Shown here: piece by piece, positions 10,461 through 22,423 of the stretch
Position numbering within the stretch: the first letter of the stretch is position 1
Layout of the letters: every line of letters begins with the position of its first letter
DNA from: Podarcis pityusensis
Taxonomy: Eukaryota
NCBI GenBank assembly: GCA_964106645.2
Contig: OZ067044.1
Reading direction: 5' to 3' (one strand)
DNA: 64,000 nucleotides
The notes under the pieces: model-generated
The model's input: only the letters and a program-made list of their open reading frames with translations
Databases searched by the model: none
Told to the model about the DNA's origin: nothing
Program-made: the position numbers and the translations under genes

Positions 10461-11550
10461 ATTTTATTATTTATACCCCACCCATCTGGCTGGGTTTCCC
10501 CAGCCACAACATGTGAGAACAGTGTACAAAAACTATAGAAATGACTTCAAAACCTCAACTTCCAAGTGTATTTTCTTTAAAAGAGAAGTATGGTACTTGG
10601 GGGTGCTATTTTCTGCTGGAGGTTACAGGATGGACTCCACTGATATTCTGGCAGTTTGCAAGCTGACAGGACAAGCTGCAAAGACCACTGGGGAATTTCA
10701 TGTACTTCCTCAGTTCCTTAATTAGTATCAGAAGAATATCCAAGGCTTTTCTGGCATAGCAATGCCATTTTATGATCTGTTGAATTCTCCTTCAGGATCT
10801 CACCCAAGTGAGTCTCACGGATCAACTCAGAAGAGGAATCAAATGGGATGGCCCAGACAGGTTATGGGGTGCACATCATCCAAACAACAAGTAACTTGGA
10901 ATGATCGACACCTAAATGTATTGAATAAATTGATTAATCTAACACAACCAGAAATAAGGGTTTTTGTGAATATGTTGTTGCCCTTTATTCTACTTGTAGA
11001 GGCCTCTGACAAAGAGCTTGGTGCCGTTGTCTACGGATAACAAGAAGGCGAGTTTGGTGTTATTGGGTATGGGCTAAGGACATTAACATACCTTTGTGCT
11101 ACTGTTCTTTTCCAGCCAGTATGTTTTCTCCTGTTGAAACATTCAGCCACGTATACTTGACAGAGGCTTTTTGCCTAAACTCCTGTCAATCTTTTGTTGC
11201 CTGCTTGTGTACTTCTATATTGAGCAAACATACCAAACTTAGTTTTTCAGCATCAAGTTCTGATGCAGGAATGTCCAGGTAAATGAAGGAAATGGCACAA
11301 GAAAGAACATCTGGTGACACTAACTTCCAACTTCATATTCACACATTCTAAACTCACCAGGACCTTGTGAATAATATTTGTAGAACATACTGTTATGAGT
11401 TTTTGGGGTGGGAGGGTAGGCTTTGTGCATGAGCCTCCCTTCTAATTCCTGGATCCAACACAGATTTAATTGCCGGAATAGTCAAGCCAGCCTGGTAATG
11501 GCCCACTAAGTATGGATCAAAGAGAACAAAGTGAGTGGCTCTGTGCCAGA

Positions 11551-11668
11551 GGACAAATGGGTGGACCGGATCTCTGTTTGAACCCAAGGCTGTAGCTAGG
11601 AGAGAGTCTTGCTTCTCCCATAGCTACAGTCTTGGGTTCAAGCAGAGATCCGGTCCAGCCATTTGTCC
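11551..11668. repeat. Near-perfect inverted repeat (48-bp arms, 22-nt spacer)
   Basis: Arm 11551-11598 vs the reverse complement of 11621-11668 is 45/48 identical. Confidence 0.92.
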
Positions 11669-12194
11669 CCTAGTATCTGTGGTGGAAGCTAGAGAATTCG
11701 CTTGAAAATTCTCAACAGTCTCACCAACCTGCAGTTCCCAAGATGTTAGAAGTTGTAGCAATCAAAATGTTATAAAACTAATACTATGTATTTGTCCTTA
11801 AGTATTCCATAAGGAAAAGAGCTGGGATTTTCTTTACATTCATATCACAGGGATCTACTATTTTCAGTGTCAAAATTCTACACCAAAACTAATTATCAAA
11901 ACTAATGGAAACTTATAGCAAAACCCTTCACAGTTGTTTCTGTCAGGACTTGTTTATTGTTCTTGCCCTTTGGAAAGGGCACATATCAGAGAGCAGTGTT
12001 AGGAATGATGGAAAATAAAAAAGATCTGGCCTGGGGAATGTTTTCACAATGAACAAGCCCTAAATCCACTGTCTTTTTGAGACAGTTAAATATATATATA
12101 TCCCAACTTACATAGTATCCTATAAGCATTTCAGCCACAGCACTACCAGATTTGGAAAGTAGTATTATCAATATTTCTCGTTTTCATCATGGTG

Positions 12195-12370
12195 GTTGTG
12201 GAAGTCCTGAAACAATGCCTGGGTAGATTGGTGGACTGGATACAGGCTAACAGAGACTTAATACAGAAAGGACCAAGCTGCTTTTGGTCTGTTGGAAAGC
12301 CGATCTGAGATTAGGTATACAGACTTTTTTGGGGATAAGGTAGACACCAGACTGAGAGTGTTCCTGAATA
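12195..12370 (+). mobile_element. L2 ORF2 (RT thumb region) remnant
   Basis: VEVLKQCLGRLVDWIQANR/RLNTERTKLLLV resembles the L2 'CL..V.DWM..N.LKLN..KT' motif. Contains a frameshift. Confidence 0.65.
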
Positions 12371-13084
12371 AAATGCTTTGTCATTGTTTCAGCCAGCATG
12401 ACAAATGTGTTTTTTCTTGGAAAAAGCTCTGGCCAAAGAAGCTGGCCCTACCATGAGGCAGAGGGACACCACTGCCTCAGGTGGCAAATGCTGATGGAGG
12501 TAGCAGCTTCCCTTACTGGCCATCCCCCCTGAGCACCCAATCTCTTTGTTGGTACCCCAGTGTCAGTGGTGCTTTCCAGCTGCTGGTGTGTGGACTGCCT
12601 GTTTTGTTGATATTTTCACCCCCTCCCATTGCAAGAATCTCCTGATCTGATGTTTTGAGAAAAGAGGGGGCGGAAACTGCTCTTCTACTCTTCGGCTCCT
12701 GACTGACTGCCTCACTCTGTGTGTGGGGAGAGTCTTATCTATGTGGTGAGTAGATGGCTGAGTGGGAGATGTAACACTCATGCAAGCCAGTAGTTCTTTA
12801 GTTTGTAGTAGCTGTTAGAAATAAAAGGAGTAATGCTTCACAGCTAGCTTCCGTGTTATTTATACTCTGCTGAGTCTGGTGCTCACAATGCACAGTTGTG
12901 AGTCCAGTGCACTGAGACCTGTTTTCCAAGACTGGAAGGTCTCTGAAAGTGTTCCAGTCGCCTAGTCCAGTCAGGGCAGAACCAGTTATTGAGCCCAGTC
13001 ACTGACATCGGTTGAAAGGTGTACAGACATGTTTGTCTTGTCTAACCTAGCCAACATTAGCACATGTTCAGCCATGGACATGTA

Positions 13085-13387
13085 CCGTAGATTTCGGCAT
13101 ATAAGATGACTTTTTAACCCCGGAAAAGAGGTTAAAAAGTTGGGGGTCGTCTTATATGCCGGGTATGGGTGGCATGGAGTGGAGCCCGCCGCCCCCCGCT
13201 ACCATTGCTGCTTCGGAAGCAGCAGCAGCGGGCAGCAGGCTCAGCTCCGTGCCAGGAGAAAGCTGCCCGGAGCGGAGCTGCCCAGCGTATTAGGCGACTG
13301 GGCTTATAAGACAAACCACCAAATTGCAGCTGCCAATTTGGAGGGTCGTCTAATACGCCCAGTCGCCTAATACGCCTGAATCTACTG
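13085..13387. mobile_element. pogo/Tigger-type MITE with TA TSD and GC-rich interior
   Basis: TA|CCGTAGATTTCGGCATATAAG ... CTAATACGCCTGAATCTACTG|TA imperfect TIRs, with repeated GGGTCGTCTTATA/GGGTCGTCTAATA subterminal motifs. Confidence 0.8.
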
Positions 13388-13441
13388 TATACTGGGTGTT
13401 CCCAGGCACCCCCTAATGTTTTAAAAAAACAGGAGATCAAG

Positions 13442-13632
13442 GAAAGCAGACAGAAGAGAGGCGCAGGCAGAATAAAAACGTTGAAATGGATCTGCAGCTT
13501 CTGCCTGCAGCTGTCTTTGAAAGATTGTCTCCATTGGCAAAAGTAAAAGGAAAGATTCCCTTCTCTGCAGGCAGAAACTGTAGATCCATTCTAGCCTTTT
13601 TCTTCTGCCTACAACTCTCTTCTGTCTACTTC
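13442..13632. repeat. Imperfect inverted repeat (~68-bp arms, ~54-nt spacer)
   Basis: AGACAGAAGAGAG..AGGCAGAA..AATGGATCTGCAGCTTCTGCCTGCAG (13442-13510) is mirrored by CTGCAGGCAGAAACTGTAGATCCATT..TTCTGCCT..CTCTCTTCTGTCT (13565-13632). Confidence 0.85.
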
Positions 13633-14858
13633 ACCTATGTGTTCAGCATGTACAGGATCATAATGGATTACTGATATGATGTTTGTGAAGCGCTTGAATG
13701 AATTCTTGGTCAACCCGGAAGAGGAAACAAATGAGAGGAAACAAAGAGGAAACATATAAGTATAGCATTATACATTTATTCCTATACTTGATGGAGAGGA
13801 GAGTCTCTTGGTCCCAATTATGTAGATAAAGGCTGAAGTCTTTGTTAGCAATTTCTCTCCTCCGATGCTGCATTTGTGATTGGTGTAAATCACATGCCTG
13901 TCTGAGAAGAGTGTGGGAAATGGAAGACAGTCTTATCTCTTCCGGTGTATGTACTTTGCAATGTACTTTCACTTTTACTTGTGCCTGTTGTTCTCTCGGA
14001 GCTGGAGAGAACGGACACCATTATGCTTTTGTCTGTACATCGTGTGTAAATAAATAGTAGATTAGCTCTACGATGTCTCACGCTTCTTTGCTGTGTTCTG
14101 CCAGAAGCTTAGTGTGCATATATCATTATGATGTATGGCATGTCGCTAGAAGTGCACTGGAAGAGAAGGGAGATGCCTTTTCCAGAGCTGCGCATACCAG
14201 GAGGACGCTCAGAGTTTCGGGGGCTTTCAGGCACCCCCAGGGCGTTTTCCAACAGTCTTACCCCACATAACTGGGGATAAGAAGTCACTGAACTCGGTGG
14301 GAATGGCTTCCAAATTGAATCATGCATAAATTCAGGTCGCATGTCTGCACACTTACTTGAGAGTAAATCCTTTTGAACTCAGTGGGACAAATAAACATGC
14401 ATAGGCCTGTAATCCGTGAACTCCTGCATCAGTTTGAAGATCAGGTGTTCTGACGTTTTGTGAAATGTATAGAATATCTTAAAGGAAGATGTCCTATGTT
14501 GGAGGATAATATAATAATATATGGGTGGGTCTGGAAAGGAAATCATTCTGGTTCTGAGCTTGAGCAGTTTGAGATGCTCAGTTAATAGTACTGAAGAAAG
14601 AACGCCAAGTTTCCAGCATGTGTGTGCACATTTCTTTTGCCCATAATTAATAGCCCCTGTGCCTAGTAGGTTTTTTGTTTTTTTGGAAGGCAGCTCACAG
14701 CGTGCCCAGGTAATGCCTTCTGACAACGTTTTGAAGATCAGTTATGTCATATGGCTGCTTTTTAGGGGGAGAAATGTAATGGATAGCAGTGCCATATGGC
14801 ATCTCTGAAGAATCAGCCGGGTTGGACAGACATTCATTGGATAAAGTCCCACAATTCT

Positions 14859-14990
14859 NNNNNNNNNNNNNNNNNNNNNNNNNNNNNNNNNNNNNNNNNN
14901 NNNNNNNNNNNNNNNNNNNNNNNNNNNNNNNNNNNNNNNNNNNNNNNNNNNNNNNNNNNNNNNNNNNNNNNNNNNNNNNNNNNNNNNNNN
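14859..14990. other. Assembly gap (N run)
   Basis: Run of N. Confidence 1.
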
Positions 14991-17207
14991 ATATATCTGA
15001 TACCACACAGATTTGCCTTAACCCTTTGCTGGAATGCCAAAGAAAACACTGCACAATTTGTGCAAAGCTAGGATTTCGGTCTGATATACAAAAGTGGGGT
15101 TTAACTTTGTTTTCTATTCCAATGTGTGATTATTATTATTTTTAGGGAGGGGGCAGATTTTGCATCAAAACATTCAAGGTTTTAAACACAAGTGACATTT
15201 AGGGGGTCGGAGCAAACTGTAAGGAAGAGAAAACAGATAATTTTACAGTAGTTGATTGCATAACAACATAACAATTAAATAGTACTTTTCACAAATGTGT
15301 GTGTGTGCCTGTGTGTGATGTAACTAGCAAGCCTGATAGTGACAGTGAAGAACAAGAAGATAAGACAGACTATTTAATTTCAGAAAGGACCTCTTAGCAT
15401 ATGCTCACCTAATTACCACAGTTTTGACCTTTATTTTAAATTATGGAAGTAATCACCAGTCTCTCTCCAGTAGGCAATTCTAGGACAGAATCTTAAGCAA
15501 TTCCTTCTACCAGCCGAGAAGTTAACCTGTACTAATGTTCATGTTGAGAGCTGAATTAAATATCAATCTTTAGTTAAAGGGTGGTGTTGATTGTGGCTAC
15601 TGGGCCCTTAAGAGTTTACAATGTTAATATTTTTTTTAAAAGTGGCTTTGACACAAATATCCCCATACACAGCAGTGAGAATGATGGCTGATAAGTAGCC
15701 AGTCACCTGACCCATTTCCCCATTGCCGTGTGTTAAAGACCCTCTTGGTATTCCACTACCCCCAGAAGGAACCTAGGAGAAGACATTCTCTCTGAAATCT
15801 CCTAGGTTGTTGAATTCCCTTCACACTGAGGTGTGTCTGGCCCCTTCATTTTTATAAGCTAAAGATGCTCCTCTTTAATCAGGTTTTGCAAATCTGAGAT
15901 ATATGTTTTCATAAGGCCCTGGGACCTTATGGTGAAGAGCAGGTAAGAAATTTAAAAGACAACAACAACAACATTGGTAATAAGTCCATCAAAGCAGGAT
16001 TCAAAAGCTGAAAGCATGTGTGCAAGTGCTACTCTTCAGACTGATCCAACAGCAGTCGCTCCACATGTATGGTCCTTCTTTTTAAAAAAAGAAAGTTGCA
16101 GTCCTGCTGATTAGCTGCTCTGCAGGGGGAATGTGAGGCTGAATTTAACCACCAGCTCCAATCCTGTTATCAAAAAGCTTCACCCCCCCCCCCAAGCAGT
16201 TCACTCATATCCTGGCTGTGGGCTTCTCATAAGCATCTGGTTGGTCATTCTGGGAAATGGGATGCTGAACCACATAGACCTTTGGTCTGATCCATCTGGA
16301 CTTGTCTTATGTTCATACCATTTGTAAAAAAAGGGGGGGCTACAGTGTGCACATCCCCAGCGCCTCTGCATGTATGTTGTTAAATCAAAGCCAGCATCTT
16401 ATCAAAGCACACGATCAGTATAACCAATAACCAAACCAAGTATCCTGTATGATTTTACAGCATTTTATCTACATGGCCATTTCCTCTACAAATGGTTTAG
16501 TTTAGTTTAGAAAAGCTTGGAATATTTTCAGTGTTGGCAGGGGGACACACATGAGATCAGAGAAAATATATGCAGTGAATATTTCTCTCTAGGTCTCGTT
16601 GTTGTTGTTGTTTTCAAGTTAAATACTACTTACTATCTGAAAGATCTCAGAGTGGTTTAAAATAGATAAACACACACACACACACACACACAATAAGTAC
16701 AATGAAACCACGTCAAACAATTCGCATAACGAAATACAAAACGAAATCCATAGACATAATGTAAAAATAAATAAAACCAGAGAGCATTACAAGGCAGTCT
16801 TTTCAGTGTTTCCTCCCCAGTCTCTTTCTTAGATGTAGCTCTTATAATTGGTCCTTGGCATATTAAGAGTTACGGGCTTGAACAGCAAGAAAGAATCATG
16901 AAGTTGGCAGGACCAACTGCAGAAGCAGCCAGAGCATCTGCTTCAAAACATTGCCATAAAAAGGAACTGCAGGAAAGCAAACCATCAAGAAAAGAAGGCG
17001 GCATTGGCAGCAAAGGGGAAATAACCAAGGGAACTTAGATTAAAAGCGAGTTAAAATGCAGAGCTTAAAAATATAAGCAAGTAGGTTCTGGGCACCTATT
17101 GAAAGAGCTGATACAGCAACTACTTCAGCAAAACATGGATCGATCTATGCCTTATATAGAAAACTGGGATAGCAAATGAAAAATATGTATATTGCTAATA
17201 CATCCTT

Positions 17208-17673
17208 TGGGACGCAGGTGGCGCTGTGGATGTTCAGCAGAGAGGCCTCCTTGGTTTTGCCACCCATGAATTCTGGATGCAACCGTGGCTTCAGCTTTAG
17301 CATCATCTAATGTTGTTTTAAAAGGGATGCAGGTGGCGCTGTGGGTTAAACCACAGAGCCTAGGACTTGCCGATCAGAAGGTCGGCGGTTCGAATCCCGT
17401 GACGGGGTGAGCTCCCGTTGCTCGGTCCCTGCTCCTGCCAACCGAGCAGTTCGAAAGCACGTCAAAGTGCAAGTAGATAAATACCACTCCGCGAGAAGGT
17501 AAACAGCATTTCCGTGTACTGTTCTGGTTTGCCAGAAGCAGCCTAGTCACGCTGGCCACATGACCCAGAAGCTGTACGCCAGCTCCCTCGGGCAATAAAG
17601 CGAGATGAGTGCCGCAACCCCAGAGTAGGTCATGACTGGACCTAATGATCAGGGGTCCCTTTACCTTTACCTT
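17208..17673 (+). mobile_element. Composite Sauria SINE insertion (truncated head + ~93 nt foreign DNA + full SINE) within one 12-bp TSD
   Basis: TAATACATCCTT at 17196-17207 and 17674-17685. Head GGGACGCAGGTGGCGCTGTGG at 17209-17229. Full SINE 17323-17673 ends in (ACCTTT)n. Confidence 0.9.
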
Positions 17674-18034
17674 TAATACATCCTTCAGTTGTTTTTGATG
17701 GCAAAGCTACAAGTTTCCTACAGCACATTTGTGGGTCCTAACCCTCAGTTTTGGGATCACTGTTGCTAGGTATGGGTTCATGAATTCTAAAAGATAGTTC
17801 ATACATTGTAACAGGTGCAAGGAAAGCATGAATGAAAAGAGTGCATGGAGGAAAAGCTGTTGTGTAACTTTCGGAGCTCACAACCTCATCAGAAATGAAA
17901 TTCATGAATGCTACTTGCTACATTATAGCAGCAGATAGGAGGAACACAAAGACTTGTTTCTGTGACGTAGCAAGTGCCATTTATGGATTTGGGTTCTGGT
18001 GAGTTGCAGAAATCATACAGCGTAGGACAGGTTA

Positions 18035-18200
18035 ATGCACTCTTTCTGGCACTTTCAGAGTGGTTTAGCAAATAATCCCTCTCCCCAGGGAACTCTGGGA
18101 ATTGTAGCTCTGAGGGAAATAGGAGTCTCCTAACCGTGCTCAGCATTCTTAACAAACCAGTGGTATGATGGTGCTTTAAATGTATAGTGTACATGGGGCC
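18035..18200. mobile_element. Non-autonomous DNA element fragment (squamate, possibly Harbinger-like)
   Basis: CCCAGGGAACTCTGGGAATTGTAGCTCTG...GCTTTAAATGTATAGTGTACATGGGGCC recognised as a common lizard repeat. Family is uncertain. Confidence 0.5.
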
Positions 18201-19261
18201 TTCTGTGGTTGAAACATTATGAAATGTGTTGTTCAGATGCACTGGGATAACAATCCATCGTGGGTCAATATATTCTGAATCCAGAGCAATGAGGGAAAAT
18301 CATGTGAGCAAAGTTGGTCAGACAGTGTATTAAAACATCCCATGTAAAGGTTTAAGCAGACTTTTGACATGGAAGCAACTTGTGTGAAGCAGCCAGTTCA
18401 CCAGTGTGCCAGCAGGTTTTAGGATAATGAAGCTATCATGTAGCACATTGTAAGAATACATCCCCTGATTTAATTAGACTGAGAAATATGACTGTCAAAA
18501 CTTTGTTCATTTGAACAGGTTAAACTCCTATCACCACTGTTGCTCAGTGGCACACATTTTCAAGGAAATGCATCTTGAAAGTGCCATTATAAAAGTTATA
18601 TTTGACCACATTCTTCTTAGAATTGATTTTTGATACAAAACTTGCTACTTCAGCCATTCCAAGAAAACCCCTACATTCCATTTTGTTTCACATTTTTGCC
18701 TCTGTTTGCAGCTAATAGCTATTGTTTTCTTGATCTCCTCCTGATTCTGCACAAGTTTTTTTGTATGTTTTCTTAGTAAACGGCTAGTCCCGTTGTCACT
18801 CCCCCTGACATCTGCATTCAATGCCTCCTCACCTGTTTGGAAAGACAGGTCTTTCAAGACATGGAAATATACTTTTCTACTGCAGGGAGTTGCATTGGAG
18901 CTTCATCTGCAGTTTCTTTCCATTCACATTGATGTGCCCTGGCTTGTATCCTGCACAAGATTTCAGCCAGCAGTGGCAATAACTGAAGCAGATTGTCCGA
19001 TGTTTACTAATCGGGGTGGATGTGTTCTCCAGCGCCTTTCTAATTGGGTATTTGTGGACAACTGATACCTTCTTTCTGAACATTGCATACTTCTCCTGTG
19101 TTCCCTATGTAGGGGATGCTGCCACCATCTATTGAATAAGGTAGGCCAGTTAAGTCATTGCACAATTCATCCATATCAGAGAACTGTGGCCTTTAGCGTG
19201 AAGAGCCCACTCAAACGGCAATCTCTTTTATTTAAGGTATAAATACAGGTATCATACTTAG

Positions 19262-19623
19262 AAAGGGACGCGGGTGGCGCTGTGGGTAAAACCTCAGCGC
19301 CTAGGACTTGCCGATTGCATGGTCGGCAGTTCGAATCCCCGTGGCGGGGTGCGCTCCCGTCGTTCGGTCCCAGCGCCTGCCAACCTAGCAGTTTGAAAGC
19401 ACCCCCGGGTGCAAGTAGATAAATAGGGACCGCTTACCAGCGGGAAGGTAAATGGCGTTCCGTGTGCTGCGCTGGCTCGCCAGATGCAGCTTGTCACGCT
19501 GGCCACGTGACCTGGAAGTGTCTGTGGACAGCGCTGGCTCCGGGCCTATAGAGTGAGATGAGCGCACAACCCTAGACTCTGTCAAGACTGGCCCGTACGG
19601 GCAGGGGTACCTTTACCTTTACC
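19262..19623 (+). mobile_element. Sauria SINE (Squam1), different subfamily, CpG-rich, 12-bp TSD
   Basis: TATCATACTTAG at 19250-19261 and 19624-19635. GGGACGCGGGTGGCGCTGTGGGTAAAACCTCAGCG...GGGGTACCTTTACCTTTACC. Confidence 0.93.
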
Positions 19624-20989
19624 TATCATACTTAGGGGCATGGTCTTGCCCACCCTAACCTGTGTTGCATGACTTCTGGTATTTTCAGCCCTGGTTGCAG
19701 CAGTAGTGTTGATATTCATGGCACATTTTTGTTTACTGAAGTGGAGCTATATATATTTCACATTTTATTTATTTGTTTTTAAAAGATGCAAACATAACAA
19801 AAAAAGAAATAAAACAAAGGACGATAAAGCATCACAGCTTGGAAAGTCAAAAGCACAAATATACGGTGCAGCTCTAAAGGGATAATAAAGTATTAACTTA
19901 TACAAATATTCCCTTTACAAATAACCAAGGAGAGTATTATCCACCTCTGCATTCCATCATTATTGGGAATAAAGGTGCATCTTAGATGAACCAGACATTT
20001 GCATATACTGATGGCACTAAGCGATTGTGTGTGACAATATTTGTTTAAGAAATACAATTAAGCCATGGGAGTGGGGAGGTAATTCGAGCTCTGCCTTTTA
20101 GGCACTTTTTGTTTAGAATATATGTTTTTAGGGAGGACAAATCTAAATGTGACTATCTTAAAAGTGTTTTCTGAAGCAATCTTGTGCTGGCTAGTTTGGA
20201 AGGAAATGTCTGGTTCTGACAGGGCACCAAATAATCATGATGATGTTGTGAAAACGTAAGAATAATTACAGAGGAATAGGAATGCCAAAATTCCCGTGGG
20301 ATTTCTGAAACATTTATGGAAATATGTGAGAAAAGCTGAAATGCAGCTGGATTTAGTACTGGAAAAGTAATCATCTGGGTGGAAACCAGCTTCAAGAAAG
20401 TTTCTGATGAAAACTGTACAGTGAAAAGTAATAAAACCCTGCACACATCTGCTATGTGCTTTAAAAACAGTAGGCTGGGCTGGATGTGGGGTGAGCTTTC
20501 AATTGCATCAGAGACCAGCCATCCCAATTTGTTTTTATTCACAGTTGGAGATGTGGAGGTTTGAGATGCTAAAAATGGACTTTAATACGACGAACTGCTT
20601 TGTGAAATTTGTAAGCAGCATGTTCTCAACATTACTGTTCAATTAAAACATATTTTGGAAATTGTGGTGGCATCTTGTAGCCGACACAACAGTGTGGTGT
20701 GGAAGTTATCCTCAAACCTAAACTGGTGAATTACTTAAGTGAGGTGGTAGAATAGACCGTGCCACTTTAGACTAAAGGCAGGGGGTGCCATTTTCCCAAG
20801 GCTTTGCCATATATAGTATGTAAACGGATTGTGCAAGTAAAAAACAAAAGCAAATGCCAACTTTAGAGAAAAAGATTCTAGCCCAGCCGCTAGTAGTGGA
20901 GCATTCATAAATGTGATCCACCGACAGCTGTCTCCAGTGATATATTCCATTCTAGAATTGCCTAGATCAGGTCTTAGCTGCAACTACTG

Positions 20990-21520
20990 ATGGGAGAATC
21001 TGTCAATTATGGTTTCTCTCAGTTTCTCATTTTTCCAATCTTAAATTCAGTTCTCTATATTTCCACAAAGCTTTGCATTTATAAAAAAAAAACCCTCATA
21101 AAAATTCATCAGCATTTTAGTGTGAATTTCTCCTAATATATTTGTATGCAAAGACATATTTTTGCAGGGTAATTTCCCTTAATATATATGTTATTTTCCC
21201 TAATACATTCATTTTCATGCACACTTTACCAGGGGTAGATTTAGGGGTGCGCAACTGGTTCGGTCGTGCTGGGGGCAGAGCCTTGGGAGTGCTGGAACGA
21301 TGGAGAATGGCTCGTGAGAGGAGGGGGCACTGAATTTTGGCATCACACAAGGAGCCACTGAAATTTGAGGCCCCAAGGTCTGCCATTTACTTTACTCCAG
21401 TATGTGCATTTTTGTACATGTTACTTGGTTGAAGAACTGCATTGCAAAATTCAAAGAAGTGTGAATTAGGAAGATTCATCTTCAGATGCAAGCTGAATAA
21501 AATTTCTCACTCATCATTGC
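20990..21520. mobile_element. Old AT-rich DNA element with nested hAT-type MITE (21230-21387)
   Basis: The nested GC-rich unit starts CAGGGGTAGATTTAGGGG and is flanked by CACTTTAC (21222-21229) / TACTTTAC (21388-21395), a 7/8 TSD. Host sequence continues on both sides. Confidence 0.6.
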
Positions 21521-22257
21521 TGCAACTAACTTGTTCCGTTCCAATGTGATGTGCAGCTGAATACTAGGCAATTGGCATTTTTACTAAAAAACAAGTCCCA
21601 GTATGTTCAATGGGCTTACTCCTTGGTTTGCATGTCTAAGATTGCAGCCTGAATCACAATCAACTAACTGACTGAATTGCAGTGTTCATGTGCAATACGG
21701 TAACGTGCAAGCAACTAAATGACTTTCAGGTGGATCAGGCCTAAATCTACACCCCATTGCTTTCTACGGAACAGAGCCACAGCGATGGTTAACTCTAGCC
21801 AGATCTGTCTCACAATGCCCCAGCTATGATTTGTTTCTTCCACTTACAACTGAACTACTTAAAAGCATATGGAGCATCTTGGTGTGTCTTGGATTTGCAG
21901 GAAAGTAACTTTTCTCAGATAGCTGCTCTGCAGATGACTGGCATATCTGCTTAAACAGGAGGCATGTTTTCTGAGAATGAAAAGGTTTGCAGGATGTTAC
22001 TGTTGGCCTTGGGAGGTTGTTCACAAGGTTACTTGCCCCCTCAAGTAATAAGCAGTAGTTCCCTGGCCTTCACAGTTCAGGGTTTTTAAAAGGGGGTTTA
22101 CAGTCCTGTTTAGGTAAACAGTTTGCGGCTGCTTATTTTGTTACTGACTCATAACAGGCCACTATTGTTTTCTGCAGGTGTCTTCCCAGCAGGTGGGAAA
22201 GTGAAAGAACTGCATAGATGTGTGGTCCAGACCCCACCCCATTTAGATAAGGAAGAT

Positions 22258-22261
<4 letters not shown>

Positions 22262-22313
<52 letters not shown>

Positions 22314-22321
22314 TGTGTGTG
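22262..22321. repeat. Compound microsatellite (CT)n(GT)n
   Basis: Seen directly in the sequence. Confidence 0.98.
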
Positions 22322-22423
22322 TTATGGTAGCTATTATTGTACATGTTGCTTCCAGGAACCTCTGCAGCAAAATGTTTCCTGCTCTTTGACACTGCAGGAA
22401 ACAAAGCAAATTCTTTCCATTCC

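Larger units (their letters stand above)
9960..11090 (+). mobile_element. Decayed Ty3/Gypsy pol (RT + RNase H), interrupted by nested insertions
   Basis: [52 protein letters not shown] (YLDD at 10154-10165). After the insert: KCIFFKREVWYLG..SAGGYRMD. RNase H: PFILLVEASDKELGAVVYG*QEGEFGVIGYGLRTLT. Contains stops and frameshifts. Confidence 0.92.

Noticed and set aside
10513-11040. Host protein-coding genes in ORFs 10513..10725 and 10762..11040
   Set aside because: Fragments of a dead Gypsy pol.
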